Below are positions 1-12,700 of a stretch of 64,000 nucleotides of DNA, in pieces. Numbering within the stretch: the first letter of the stretch is position 1; each line of letters opens with the position of its first letter. The translations under genes were made by a program, and so were the position numbers. The notes beneath the pieces are model-generated. The model was not told where the DNA came from, did no database searches, and saw only the letters and a program-made list of their open reading frames with translations. Origin of the DNA: Malacoraja senta (taxonomy: Eukaryota); NCBI GenBank assembly GCA_038087875.1, contig JAXLNO010003043.1:1-64000 (forward strand). Reading direction: 5' to 3'.

Positions 1-625
1 TGTTCATTAATTTTTTTTTTTAAACCCGGCCTCGACTAAAAAGGTTGCCATTTGGTCGAAGCCAGTGGAGTGGGGGTTGCTATTTACTTACAGGCAGTCG
101 AAGGCAATCTCCTTCGCTGACCGGCCATTTTGATTGCCTCATTGGAGTTTTCTGCAAAGATCCTGTAGGATCTTTGGTTTTCAGGACCTAGAAGATCCGC
201 CGGAAGGTAAAATGCCCGCTAACTTATTAAACTTCTTAAAACAGTATCCACTCCTTCTCCCCCCCCCCCTTCTCTCCCCCCTTCTCTGTCCTTCTCTCCA
301 CTTCTTTCCCCTTCTCTCCCTCCCTCCCACGCTCTCTAAAGGACTTACCGTGCTCTGTGTCAGCAGTTTACCTTCCACTTCATCGCGCAGACAGCGCTCC
401 TCCGCTGTCCCTGGCCCCCACCTTCGTGATGTGTTTGTGTGTGTGCGTGTGTGTGCGCGGTCGGTAGAAAAGATCGTGTAGGATCTTTGGTCAGTAGATG
501 CAGCTCACGCTTCAGTCGAGGCTTTCCAGGCAAGTGACCAAAACCTCTGGCAACGCATGGAAACCTTCAGTGGGGCACAAGACCACCAGAGGTTTACATT
601 CAGGTTCCTAAGTGGGACAGGGGCA
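1..625. mobile_element. Right part of a PIF/Harbinger-type non-autonomous element (MITE), cut by the window edge
   Basis: Ends in AAGTGGGACAGGGGCA followed by TTA, the same TIR as the element at 56820-57416. Confidence 0.75.
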
Positions 626-764
626 TTACTTGCAGCAGCACAACAGAATATGTAAACATAGTACTCTGTAAACAATGTTATAAACAAGAAAACAACACAT
701 TGTAAATATATATATATGAATATATAACTATAAATATATCTCTATAAATATATAACTATATAAC

Positions 765-815
<51 letters not shown>
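765..815. repeat. (TA)n microsatellite
   Basis: Direct observation. Confidence 0.95.
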
Positions 816-817
<2 letters not shown>

Positions 818-1124
818 GGTCTGAAAAGGGTTCCTGCACACCTTTGTTGAAGGAAACAATAGCACCCAGAGAAAAACCAAAGCGAAAAGGAGCAACTCCA
901 TACAGACAGCACCCATATTCAGGATCAATTCGGGTACCTGGCAATTTTAGGCAGCAACTTTATGGCCATGTACTGCCCCTAGTCTTGAAATGAATTAAAA
1001 CAATACAGTAGCTGTAAAGGGGGACATTGCGTCACTTAGAGATTTAAGACTGAAAATGGATAGTTTCTTATTTTTAGTAACCAAAGTTATCAACGTATAT
1101 TTTTTGTGTGTTGGAAAATAAAAT

Positions 1125-1265
1125 ATAGTGGCACAGCTGATGGACTTGCTGCCTCCCACAACCAAAAGACGCATTGGCTTTGTAGCTTAAATTGTCTCGC
1201 TAAAATTGCCCCTAATGGTGTAGGGAGTGGGTGAGGAAAGTGGGATAACAGAACTTGTGTGAATG
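1125..1265 (+). mobile_element. Internally deleted tRNA-derived V-SINE (HE1-like)
   Basis: GGCACAGCTG...GCTGCCTC head fused to CCCACAACCAAAGACG V-domain end and a downstream body like other copies in the window. Confidence 0.55.
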
Positions 1266-1267
1266 TG

Positions 1268-2060
1268 TAGACAAAAATGCTGGAGAAACTCAGCGAATGA
1301 GGCAGCATCCATGGAGCGAAGGAAATAGGCGACATTTCGGGTCGAGACCCTTCTTCAGACTGATGTGAGGGTGGGGGGGTGGGGCGGGAAGAAAGGAAGA
1401 GGCGGAGACAGTGGGCTGAGGGAGAGCTGGGAAGCGGAGGAGAAAGCAGGGACTACCTGAAATTGGAGAAGTAAATGTTCATACCGCTGGGGTGTGAACT
1501 GCCCAAGCGAAATATGAGGTGCGGCTCCTCCAATTTACGGTGGGCCTCACTCTGGCCATGGAGGGGGCCCAGGTCAGAAAGGTCGGATTCGGAATGGGAG
1601 GGAAAGTGTTGAGCCACCGGGAGATCAGGTCAGTTACTGCGTGTTGCGCAAAGCGATCGCCAAGCCTACGACTAGGCGACGTTTCGGGTCGAGACCCTTC
1701 TTCAGACTGATGTCGGTGGGGGGGGGCGGGAAAAAGAAAGAAAGAGGCGGAGACAGTAGGCTGTGGGAGAGCTGGGAATGAGATGGGGAGAGAGAAAGCA
1801 AGGACTACCTGAAATTGGTGAAGCCAATGTTCATACCGCTGGGGTGTAAACTACCCAAGCGAAATATGAGGTGCTGTTCCTCCAATTTGCAGTGGGCCTC
1901 ACTCTGGCCATGGAGGAGGCCCAGGACAGAACGGTCGGATTCGGAATGGGAGGGGAGTTGAAGTGCTGAGCCACTGGGAGATCAGGTTGGTTATTGCGAA
2001 CTGAGTGGAGGTGTGCGAAGCGATCGCCAAGCCTGCACTTGGTCTCACCGAGGTTGATCA
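1268..2060 (-). mobile_element. Two tandem Penelope-like element 3' fragments (GIY-YIG endonuclease end + pseudo-LTR)
   Basis: ORF 1831-2121 contains GETKCRLGDRF..HLHSVRNNQPDLPVAQHFNS; each copy carries a CTGAAGA..GAAA hammerhead-like motif. Confidence 0.85.
1678..1705 (-). ncRNA. Minimal type I hammerhead-ribozyme-like motif in a Penelope pseudo-LTR (intact core)
   Basis: CUGAAGA-A-GGGU(CUCG)ACCC-GAAAC-GUC. Confidence 0.65.
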
Positions 2061-2439
2061 TACGCTGAATAATCCAACCACATTTTTGTTTGGAAGTGGA
2101 AAGAAAGAATAGAAATTGCATTCATTGCAACATGTAAAAAGAGATGAGATACTGTATTATAATTTTGCTGCATGTCATTGTGGTATATATCATGTCTTGA
2201 TTGGTGAATATGTTTAGTTTGTGACTTTATTTGAAACAGAAATAATACGTGAATGCTTCATTGACCATAATTCCGACTGGTAACTACGCACTTCGTCCGA
2301 GCACATTATCGCACGTGTCAATGCAAGCCGTCTTAAAAAAACACCTAAACTGTCATTTGGCAACTTAGAAAGCTGCCTAGGTTGCCTGGCTGGCAACAGA
2401 GAAAAAAAGTTGTGAGAGCCCTGTTAACTTCCCATTTTC

Positions 2440-4600
2440 CTAACCAGACACCATTGAGATAATAGATTGCTGGAGTGCTCTAATTTTGCCCACTAATCTC
2501 CTATGTGGGACCTTATCAAAGGCTTCTTGAAAGTCCAGGTACACTTCATCCATTGTGAAGACAGATCCAAAGTACCTGTTCAACTCATCTGCCATTTCCT
2601 TGTTCCACATAATAAATTCACCTATTTCTGTCTTCAACGGACGCACATTTGTCTTAACTAAATTTTTCCTCTTCACATACCTAAAGAAGCTTTTACTATC
2701 CTCCTTTATATTTTTGGCTAGCTTACCTTCGTACCTCATCTTTTCTCCCCATATTGCCTTTTTAGTTATCTTCTGTTGCTCTCTAAAAGTTACCCAATCC
2801 TCTGGATTCCCATTCATCTTTGCTATGTGATTGTTCTTCTCTTTCACTGACCCCACTGTCAGCCACGGTAGCCTCTTACTCCCCTTGGAATCTTTCTTCC
2901 TCTTTGGAATGAACTGATCCTGCACCTTCTGTATTATTCCCAGAAATACCTGGCCTTGTTGTTCCACTGTCATCCCTGCTAGGGTATCTTTCCAGTCAAC
3001 TTTGGCCAGCTCCTCCCTCATGGCTCCATAGTCCCCTTTGCTCAACTGTAACACTGACACCTCCGATTTACCCTTCTCCCTCTCCAATTGTAGATTAAAA
3101 TTTATCATATTATGGTCACTACCTCCTAATGGCTCCTTAACCTCAAGTTCCTTTATCAAATCCAGTTCATTACATAACACTAAATCCAGAATTGCCTTCT
3201 CCCTGGGAGGCTCCAGTGCAAGCTGCTCTAAGAATCCATCTCGGAGGCACTCGACAAATTCCCTCTCTTGAGGTCCAGTACCAACCCGATTTTCCCAGTC
3301 TACCTACATGTTGAAATCTCTCATAACAACCATAGAGTTATCTTTACAATAGACAATAGACAATAGGTGCAGGAGTAAGCCATTTGGCCCTCCGAGCCAG
3401 CATCGCCATTCAATGTGATCATGGCTGATCATCCCCAATCAGTACCCCGTTCCTGCCTTCTACCCATATCCCCTGACTCCGCTATTTTTAAGAGCCCTAT
3501 CTAGCTCTCTCTTGAAAGCATCCAGAGAACCTGCCTCCACCACCATCTGAGGCAGAGAATTCTGAAGAAGGGTTTCAGCCCAAAACGTTGCCTATTTCCT
3601 TCGCTCCATAGATGCTGCTGCACCCGCTGAGTTTCTCCAGCACTTTTGTCTGCCTATTTTAACTCTTGATTCAACTTGCACCCTATATCCAGGCCAAATC
3701 TGAGGAAGGACATTATTGCCATAGAGGGAGTGCAGAGAAGGTTCACCAGACTGATTCCTGGGATGTCAGGACTGTCTTATGAAGAAAGACTGGATAGACT
3801 TGGTTTATACTCTCTAGAATTTAGGAGATTGAGAGGGGATCTTATAGAAACTTACAAAATTCTTAAGGGTTTGGACAGGCTAGATGCAGGAAGATTGCTC
3901 CCGATGTTGGGGAAGTCCAGGACAAGGGGTCACAGCTTAAGGATAAGGGGGAAATCCTTTAAAACTGAGATGAGAAGAACTTTTTTCACACAGAGAGTGG
4001 TGAATCTCTGGAACTCTCTGCCACAGAGGGTAGTCGAGGCCAGTTCATTGGCTATATTTAAGAGGGAGCTAGATGTGGCCCTTGTGGCTAAAGGGATCAG
4101 AGGGTATGGAGAGAAGGCAGGTACGGGATACTGAGTTGGATGATCAGCCATGATCATATTGAATGGCGGTGCAGGCTCGAAGGGCCGAATGGCCTACTCC
4201 TGCACCTAATTTCTATGTTTCTATGTTTCTACTGTTTGGGGGCCTGTAGATAAGTCCCATTAGGGTATTTTTCCCCTTACAATTCCTTAGTGACTCCACA
4301 TCTCCTGTTTAGATGTCACCCCTTGCAAGGGACTGAATTTCGTTCCTCACCAACAGAGCTACCCCACCCCCTCTAACCACCTGTCTGTCTTTTTGCTAGG
4401 ACGTATAACCCTTGGATATTCAGTTCCCAGCCTGGTCCTCTTGCAGCCATGTCTCTGTAATTCCCACAACATCATACTTGCCAATTTCTAACTGAGCCTC
4501 AAGCTCGTCCACTTTATTTCTTATCCACCTTTCACATCCATTCCTATTTCACTTGGCCATACTCTCCTACCCCTTCCTCAGCTTTCTGCCCCGTTAATTC
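2440..4600 (-). mobile_element. Decayed CR1-clade LINE ORF2 (endonuclease to RT), internally deleted and split by younger insertions at ~3345-4232
   Basis: IRNKVDELEAQ..VGITETWL (4400-4520) continues as EPLGGSDHNMINF...YLDFQEAFDKVPH (2440-3180). Confidence 0.8.
3670..4232 (+). mobile_element. CR1 LINE 3' end with (CTATGTTT)n tail
   Basis: ORF ...IEGVQRRFTRLIPGM..LSYEERL..LYSLEFRRLRGDLIETYKI..; conserved 3' UTR. Confidence 0.9.
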
Positions 4601-4659
4601 TGGTGTCTTTATTAACTTTTCCTGTATTCGCTTTCCCTTTAACTCCATCCTTGCACCGC

Positions 4660-5120
4660 TGCCTCCCGCCGCCAGGGGGCGCTACAGACGGGCGCCTCTC
4701 TCCCTCCTTCCCCGCCCGCACGCCTCGGGTCGCCGGCCGCAGGATCGCCCTGGGGCAGGGAGGAGGGGGTGGGGAAAGGACGCGGGGCCGAGCGGCGGCG
4801 GCGACTGTTCCCACCTGAGCTCCCGCTGCTCCTCCCGTCGGCCGCGGCGGCCACGCCTCACGTGATCAGACTCACGTCACCGGGCCTGAATCAGGTGATC
4901 AGAAATACGTCACCGACCCGCCTCACGTGGTCAGAAACACGTCACCGACCCGCCTCATGTGATCACGAGACCACCGCCGCAGATCACCATGTCCTATAGG
5001 TCGAGCCGTCGCCCCGCCCCACGGACAGACAGCGCCCTCCACCAATCGGATCCGTCCGTCCCGCCCACCGCCATGGCCCCGCCCCTGCGGCTCCTACACC
5101 ACGTGGAGGGAGGGAAGGGG
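4660..5120 (-). promoter_or_regulatory. CpG-island promoter with four ~32-bp E-box/CRE units, GC boxes and CCAAT; candidate non-coding first exon ending at 4815 (donor CAG|GTGGGA), gene running leftward
   Basis: Very high GC/CpG; TCACGTGA-like motifs at 4858, 4891, 4923, 4955; ACGTCA half-sites; CCCCGCCCC boxes; CCAAT near 5042. Confidence 0.6.
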
Positions 5121-5316
5121 TAACATCACAGCAGCTGCAGATGCTGCAAACCTGAGATAAAACCTCAAGGTGGCGCCAGACTACAAAATGCTGCAGTAAC
5201 ACAGCGGGACAGGCAGCATCTCTGGAGCGAAGAAATGGGCGACGTTTCAAGGTTGAGACACTGCCTCAGACTGAGAGTCGCAGGAGAGATACAGACAGTA
5301 ATGTGGAGTGAAAAGC

Positions 5317-5725
5317 TTCTACATAGAAACATAGCCAATAGGTGCAGGAGTAGGCCATTCGGCCCTTCGAGCCAGCACCGCCATTCAATATGATCATGGC
5401 TGATCATCCACAATCAGTACCCCGTTCCTGCTTTCTCCCCATATCCCTTGATTCCATTATCCCTAAGAGCTAAATCTAACTCTCTCTTGAAAACATCCAG
5501 TGAATTGGCCTCCACTGCCTTCTGTGGCAGAGAAATCCACAGATTCACAACTGGGTGAAAATGTGTTTCTTCATCTCAGTCCTAAATGGCCGACCCCTTA
5601 TTCTTAAACTGTGGCCCCTGGTTCTGGACTCCGCAACATCGAGAACATGCATCTAGCCTGTCCAATCAATTAATAATTTTATATGTTTCAATAAGATCCC
5701 CTCTGATCCTTCCAAATTCCAGCGG
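5317..5725 (-). mobile_element. CR1 LINE 3' end
   Basis: Reverse complement of the same CR1 3' end and tail. Confidence 0.85.
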
Positions 5726-6175
5726 CCTAACATCATGGAGCTAGCGGCCTTGCTCGAGGCCAAAGATCATAGAGTGGAGCATGATACTCCACTCGGTGAA
5801 AAACGTAGTACGTCATGGGTGATTTTTCGTGCCATTTTGATGTGTTGCCTCGACTACAGTCATGACGTCCAAATCTACATCTACAGCTCACTGTTCTGCT
5901 ATAAATTGCTGTAATCGACAATGTAGATGACCCGACCTGTCTTTCTTCAGTTTCCCCAATAACAAAGAAAGGTGAGAAAATATTATTGCTTTCTTTCGAT
6001 ATTATTCTGTCCTGAAAATGTTATTTTCTGTTCTCTCATCAACCGTCATTGGGAAACTAGATTTGTCGATTCATTAGAAAGTTATTAGAATTTTCTTTAA
6101 TCGATTTAGACTTACCACAATAAAAAAGTCATCAATTTTTACACTTCTGAACAATTTTGGTTTTGTTCCTGTAGA

Positions 6176-6230
6176 TAGGGTCTCCAAAATATGGCCCGCG
6201 GGCCACATCAGGCCCACCACCAGATTTCAA
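6176..6230 (+). mobile_element. hAT-Charlie-like terminal fragment
   Basis: AGGGTCTCCAAAATATGGCCCGCGGGCCACATCAGGCCC resembles Charlie termini (CAGGGGTCTCCAAACT..GGCCCGCGGGCC). Confidence 0.5.
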
Positions 6231-6479
6231 GTTCAGCGTCGATTCGAGTCGGGGAGCTCGGCGGCCCGGAGCTGCTCTCAGTGTTGTTACCGGTCAGGTC
6301 CCTCGAATTGTCAGAGTCGAGACATCACAGGGCAGCGGTGAAGAAGGGTGCAATGGGGGGGGGGTTCTGCGGCGGCGGTCAGAATGGGTCGGCAGCGCGT
6401 TATAACTTGCCATCGTTCCTCTCTGCCCTTTCCCTATGCTCTCTCTCTGCCCTCTCGCCCCTATCTCTCTCTCCCCTCT

Positions 6480-7442
<963 letters not shown>

Positions 7443-7774
7443 CTGCAGGAGGGGAACACAGAGGGTCAACAAGCTGGCATTACTAACATTACTAACGCGT
7501 GAACATTACTAGTGTTTGGGGATCACGACAGAAGCCTCCTCGTGGTGAACCCTCGTGGTGATCCCTGGGGGAAGTTGGTGAGGGGTGAGGGGGGGTGGTG
7601 AGGGGGAAATCGCCCGTTCACACGCAGCCGCCAGAGCAAACAGTGTGCATACGGTGATGACAAACGCAACAAATGCAATATCCAGTGCAGAGCAGTGCAA
7701 GATTGTGTTGCAGAAAGCCCGGGGTAGCACGGACGAGAAGGGCCAAAGGGCCTGTCTCCGGGAAGAATGAGCAC

Positions 7775-8260
7775 CTCAGCTGATCTACATCGGTGAGACT
7801 AAGCGTACGCTTGCCGATCGTTTCACCGAACACCTCCGCTCGGTCCGCATTAACCAACCTGATCTCCCTGTGGCTCACCCCTCCCATTCCGAATCCGACC
7901 TTTCTGTCCTGGGCCTCCGTCATGGCCAGAGTGAGCACCACTGGAAATTGGAGGAGCAGCACCTCATATTCCGCTTGGGCAGTCTGCACCCCAGCGGCCT
8001 GAACATTGACTTCTCCAATTTCCAGTAGCCCTTGCTGTCTCCTCCCCTTCTCAGCTCTCCCTCAGCCCTCTGGCTCCTCCTCTTCCTTTCTTCTTCCCGC
8101 CCCCCCCGCCCCCACTCTGCATCAGTCTGAAGAAGGGTTTCGGCCCGAAAAGTTGCCTATTTCCTTCGCTCCATAGATGCTGCCGCACCCACTGAGTTTC
8201 TCCAGCATTTTTGTCTACCTTCGATTTTCCAGCATCTGCAGTTCCTTCTTGAACATTTGA
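7775..8260 (+). mobile_element. Penelope-like 3' fragment (GIY-YIG end + pseudo-LTR)
   Basis: ORF 7793-8002 and a CTGAAGAAGGG..CCCGAAA motif at 8127-8154. Confidence 0.85.
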
Positions 8261-8384
8261 CTAGTTACAATCACAAGTTATATTTCACTTGTACCACCAG
8301 GCTAAGTCACAGCTCATATCCCACTTGATGCTTTCATACGAATCCCTGTCACTGTTCGTGTTACAGTTGACCATATAGGTGGAG

Positions 8385-9320
8385 CCGCCATCTTGGAGGA
8401 ACAGCTGCTAAACAGCAGCCGTCCGTCAAATTCACTCTTTCTTTTGTTTTAGTGTTTTTTATTTCTTTGTTTGTTTGGGGGGTTTTGACTTTTAATGTGG
8501 GGGGGGTAAGGGGGTAACTATTTCTAGGTCCCTACCTGGTCGGTGAGGCAGCTTTTTCTCCAGGCTGCCTCGTCAACCCGTCCTTGCGGCCTACCAGCGG
8601 GCATGGAGCGCCGTTTCCTGACGGGGACCGCCCAGCACCTTCAGCTTCGGTGGCGGCACAGCGCTCAAGCGCTATCGGGGAGCGTAGCGGGCGATGCCTT
8701 GCCTGGGTCGCCGCGCTGGGTCGACGCGCTGGAGCTCCGGTATGCGCTGACCGCCGACACCAACACCTCCGGGCTGCGGGACTGCGGAGCGACCAGCTGC
8801 GGGCGGCGGCGCCGACTCCAACATCGGGAGCCTCGTGGCTCCAAATCGGCGCGGCCCTGTCGGCTTCAGGTGCCATCGACTCCGCTGGGAAACCGGCCGT
8901 TCCAGCCGCTCCGAGGACTCTCCCGACGGCCAGGAACATCGGGCCTCCGTAGAGGCAACTGTGGTGGCCTCGATGGGCCTGACTCTGAGGAGAACTGGGG
9001 TTGGGGACTGGACATTGTGCCTTCCCCCACAGTGGTGGTCATTGTGGGGGGATGATTTTGTGTGCTGTGCCTGTCAGTCCGTGTACAAGATGGCGGTCGG
9101 AGGGGAGAGTGGATGCTGGCGCGAATTGGTCGCCGCTGCTCTCTCCTCAAATTGTGTTTCGTATTTTCTTTTGGTGCTCTTGAAATTGAATTCTGTCCTT
9201 GATTTGTGTACTGTGGTGTTTTTATATTTAATTAATCCGATTATGTGTTTTGTATTTTTTTGTGATTCTATGCATTGTAAGGTGTCCTTGGGTTTTAGAA
9301 AGGCGCCAGTAAATAAAATG

Positions 9321-9352
<32 letters not shown>
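8385..9352 (+). mobile_element. GC-rich putative non-autonomous retroelement ending in AATAAA + (ATT)n
   Basis: GCCGCCATCTT 5' motif, T-rich then GC-rich body, microsatellite tail; similar layout to 45335-46030. Confidence 0.5.
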
Positions 9353-9355
<3 letters not shown>

Positions 9356-9750
9356 ATTCCAATAGCAGGCACAGTCGATCTTCATGTCCCATCAGACTTA
9401 GTAATATTACACCTGATCTACCTACTGTTGAAATTGCATTAGGCCCTATTACAACGAGTCCTGTCATCAATTCTACTACAGAAGGCCCCAGAACACCATA
9501 CAAATTTGCTGTCCATTGGAATTAAACCATAAAAATATTTGTGTTATAACTCTAGGAGAAGCGCTCAAATAAGATAACCAAGCCCAGAGCCAAAGTATTA
9601 TCTAACGATCTTACTGAATATATCAATTTATGCTGAGGACAATAAATAACTCCATTTGCTACCTACATGTCAACTAGCTCTTAACAAACACTAGTCATAT
9701 AGATGAAAGTATATCATTGGGGTTATCAAGTGGGCACCTCCCTTCACTGG

Positions 9751-12700
9751 ATTATAATAAGAAACTTGTTGGTGTAAATGCTAAGATGGACAACATTGAC
9801 GAGAGAATGGAAGAGATGGAAAGTGATATGAAAGAGATGATCATGGAAGTAAACAGTCTGAAAAAATCAAAGAAAGATGAAGCAGAAAAGCTGGCAAGAA
9901 TGACTGACAAATGTTTGGACTTGGAAGCGAGAGCGAGAAGGCAGAATTTGAGAATCGTTGGAGTAAGAGAAGGACGAGAAGAACATGTATCTCAAACACG
10001 TACTTTCGTTACTGAATTACTCAAAGAGGTTCTTAAACTGCCGGGAGAACTAAGAATAGATACTGTTCAACGAGTTGGACGTGTCTCAAGAGGCATAAAT
10101 GCTGCTCCAAGACAGATAATTGTGAAATTTCTTTATATTTCTTCAGTGGAATCTATACTGAAGAAGATTGTTCATGGTGAAAATTTGATATATCGTGCGG
10201 AAAAGATCCGATTTTTCCGTGATTATCCTCCAGAGATTGTCCAGAGAATGAACTTGTTTACACCGACAAGAAACATATTGAGGGGTATTTCTAAAGTCAG
10301 ATATGGTGTTGTTTTCCCTGCAAAAATGAAAATTACTTATAAGGAAATTGAGCGCTCATTTACGGACCCAGAAAAAGCATTTAAATATGCAGAAGATATC
10401 ATGAGGAAAGCATCGGAAACATCGGAAGAAGACGACTAAAGGAAAGAACAAGGAACTTTTTAATTTCTAAGATGGAGCTGGAACTGGCGGATTTTTCAGA
10501 CAGTTACTGAGCTTATCTGTCTGGAATGTATTGGAGAATATTGTTTAACCTTGAATGAAAAGCTCTTGTACAAAGAATGAGATAACATTAGTATTTAACT
10601 ATTATATGCTAATTACAATTAACTAACTAACTTTAACAAAACTAATGACTTGTGAGTGTGTGTAGTAAATATGAATAATCATGAATAAACCATTGCTTAT
10701 AAATTGTAATTAACCAAAATGTCTATAACATTACTAACATTTTTTTTCTTTCTTTTTGAGTGGGAACGCAACATAAACTTGGAAAAAATCCAGGAATGAG
10801 GTTAACCCCTCGGTACCTGCTTGTAGGGTAGCTGGCTAGATAAATTAGTACGGTACAAATACTTATAGAAATGAGAATAGGTTGTGGTTTATATTTGGAT
10901 TTGGGGTTTAATTATATTAATTTTTTTTTTTTTAAACTCTTTAATATTTTATCTTTGCATATTTTTGTTGTTATTATTATTATTATTATTAATTTTTTTT
11001 TTTTTTGGGGGGGCATTTTACTAACGCTAGTTTGATAAAGTTATACAAGAATAAACAAGATATGAGACAGTTTGTAGTTTTTTTACGAGGTGTTAATAAG
11101 GGATTGGGGCTCACTGTAAAATAATTCTTACGCCACCTTAGGTGGCTATTTGTCTTTAAGGTACCTGCTTTTAGATACCTTAATTTCACTTTTTTTTTAA
11201 AATCACTATACAAATTTGTATTTACTTAGTTTGTGTTTAATTAATTGTAAATCACACTTTTCTTGCTTTATCTAAGGCACTTTTGGAGATGGAGATGTAA
11301 TGTAAACTTAAAAATTTGGAATGACCACCCAACGTCCAGAACACGGAGGTATTTGTTTGCACCATATGTTTCAAGAACATCACTTTGATATACAATGCAA
11401 GACGATAGGCAAATAAAGAATGGAGGAATCACATTCTGTAGTTGGAATATAAGGGGTGCCAATGAACCAATAAAGAGGGGTAAAATTTTTGCTCACCTAA
11501 AATCTTTGAAAAGTGACATAATTTACTTGCAAGAAACTCACATGAAACAGGAAACACAAATGAGATTAAAGGCGAAGTGGATAGGCCAAACATATTATTC
11601 GTCATTTACTTCTAAATCTAGAGGTATGGCTATTCTTATTCGAAAAGGTATACCGTTCAAATTAAAGAATACTATATCAGATAAAGAGGGAAGGTATATC
11701 ATAGTTTCGGGAGAAATTTATGCTACCCCAATAACTATGGTAAATATTTACGCTCCGAATTTTGATAACCCTCAATTCTTTGAGAAAATTATAGATATAA
11801 TACTGGAGTTTAATTATCAAAATGTCATAATAGGAGGGGATTTCAACTGTGTTTTAGATCCATACTTAGACAAATCAGCAAAACAAAGAAGGAGTAATAC
11901 AAAATCTAAGACTAGTGAATTTCTAAATACATATATAAAAAATACTAACATAACAGATGTATGGAGATCTGCTAACCCAGCAGGAAGGGAATACTCGTTT
12001 TACTCTTCGGTACATAAAACATACTGAAGAATTGATTATCTTTTAGTGGATAGGAAATTAATGCCATATATAATTAACCCAACTTACCATATTAGTAGTA
12101 TTTCTGATCACTCTCCATTGACTTTTTTAGTAAAATTTGAAGGAATGCCAGGAAAGAATTTTTTTTGGAGGTTTAACACATATATATTAAATGACTTACA
12201 GGGTTATCAATATTTGAAACAACAAATGATATCATTTTTTGAGATAAATGATACACCAGGTACCTCACCTTCTTTAATATGGGAAACTTTTAAAGCATTT
12301 ATTAGAGGAATTATAATTTCATATGAAATTTTTCAAAATAAGAAGAATAAAACAGAACATGCTGTTAGAACAAGAAATAAGACAGTTAGAGTTAGATAAT
12401 GCTAAAGATCCCACTATAGATAAACATAATAAGATAATACTACTGAAATTTAAACTTAACCGAATTCTCTCGGCAAGAGTAATAAGATGATTCCAAATTA
12501 CAAAACAGGAACATTTTGAGTTTGGTGACAAACCACATAAGCTGTTGACGCGTCAATTGAAAAAAACAGGAAAAGGAAAATACTATAAATAAAATTAAAT
12601 CCGAAAATGGTGAATTACTAACACTACCTAAAGATATCAATAAAAGATTTGTTCAATTTTATCAAAATTTATACACATCAAAAACCAAAACAGAAGATAG

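Noticed and set aside
4578-4999. Short GC-rich ORFs on both strands (also 8532-9356)
   Set aside because: Low-complexity products expected from GC-rich, stop-poor DNA; no recognisable domain.
9717-9750. Apparent start of L1 ORF1 (MGLSSGHLPSLD)
   Set aside because: Lies inside the duplicated target sequence; the L1 is 5'-truncated at 9751.
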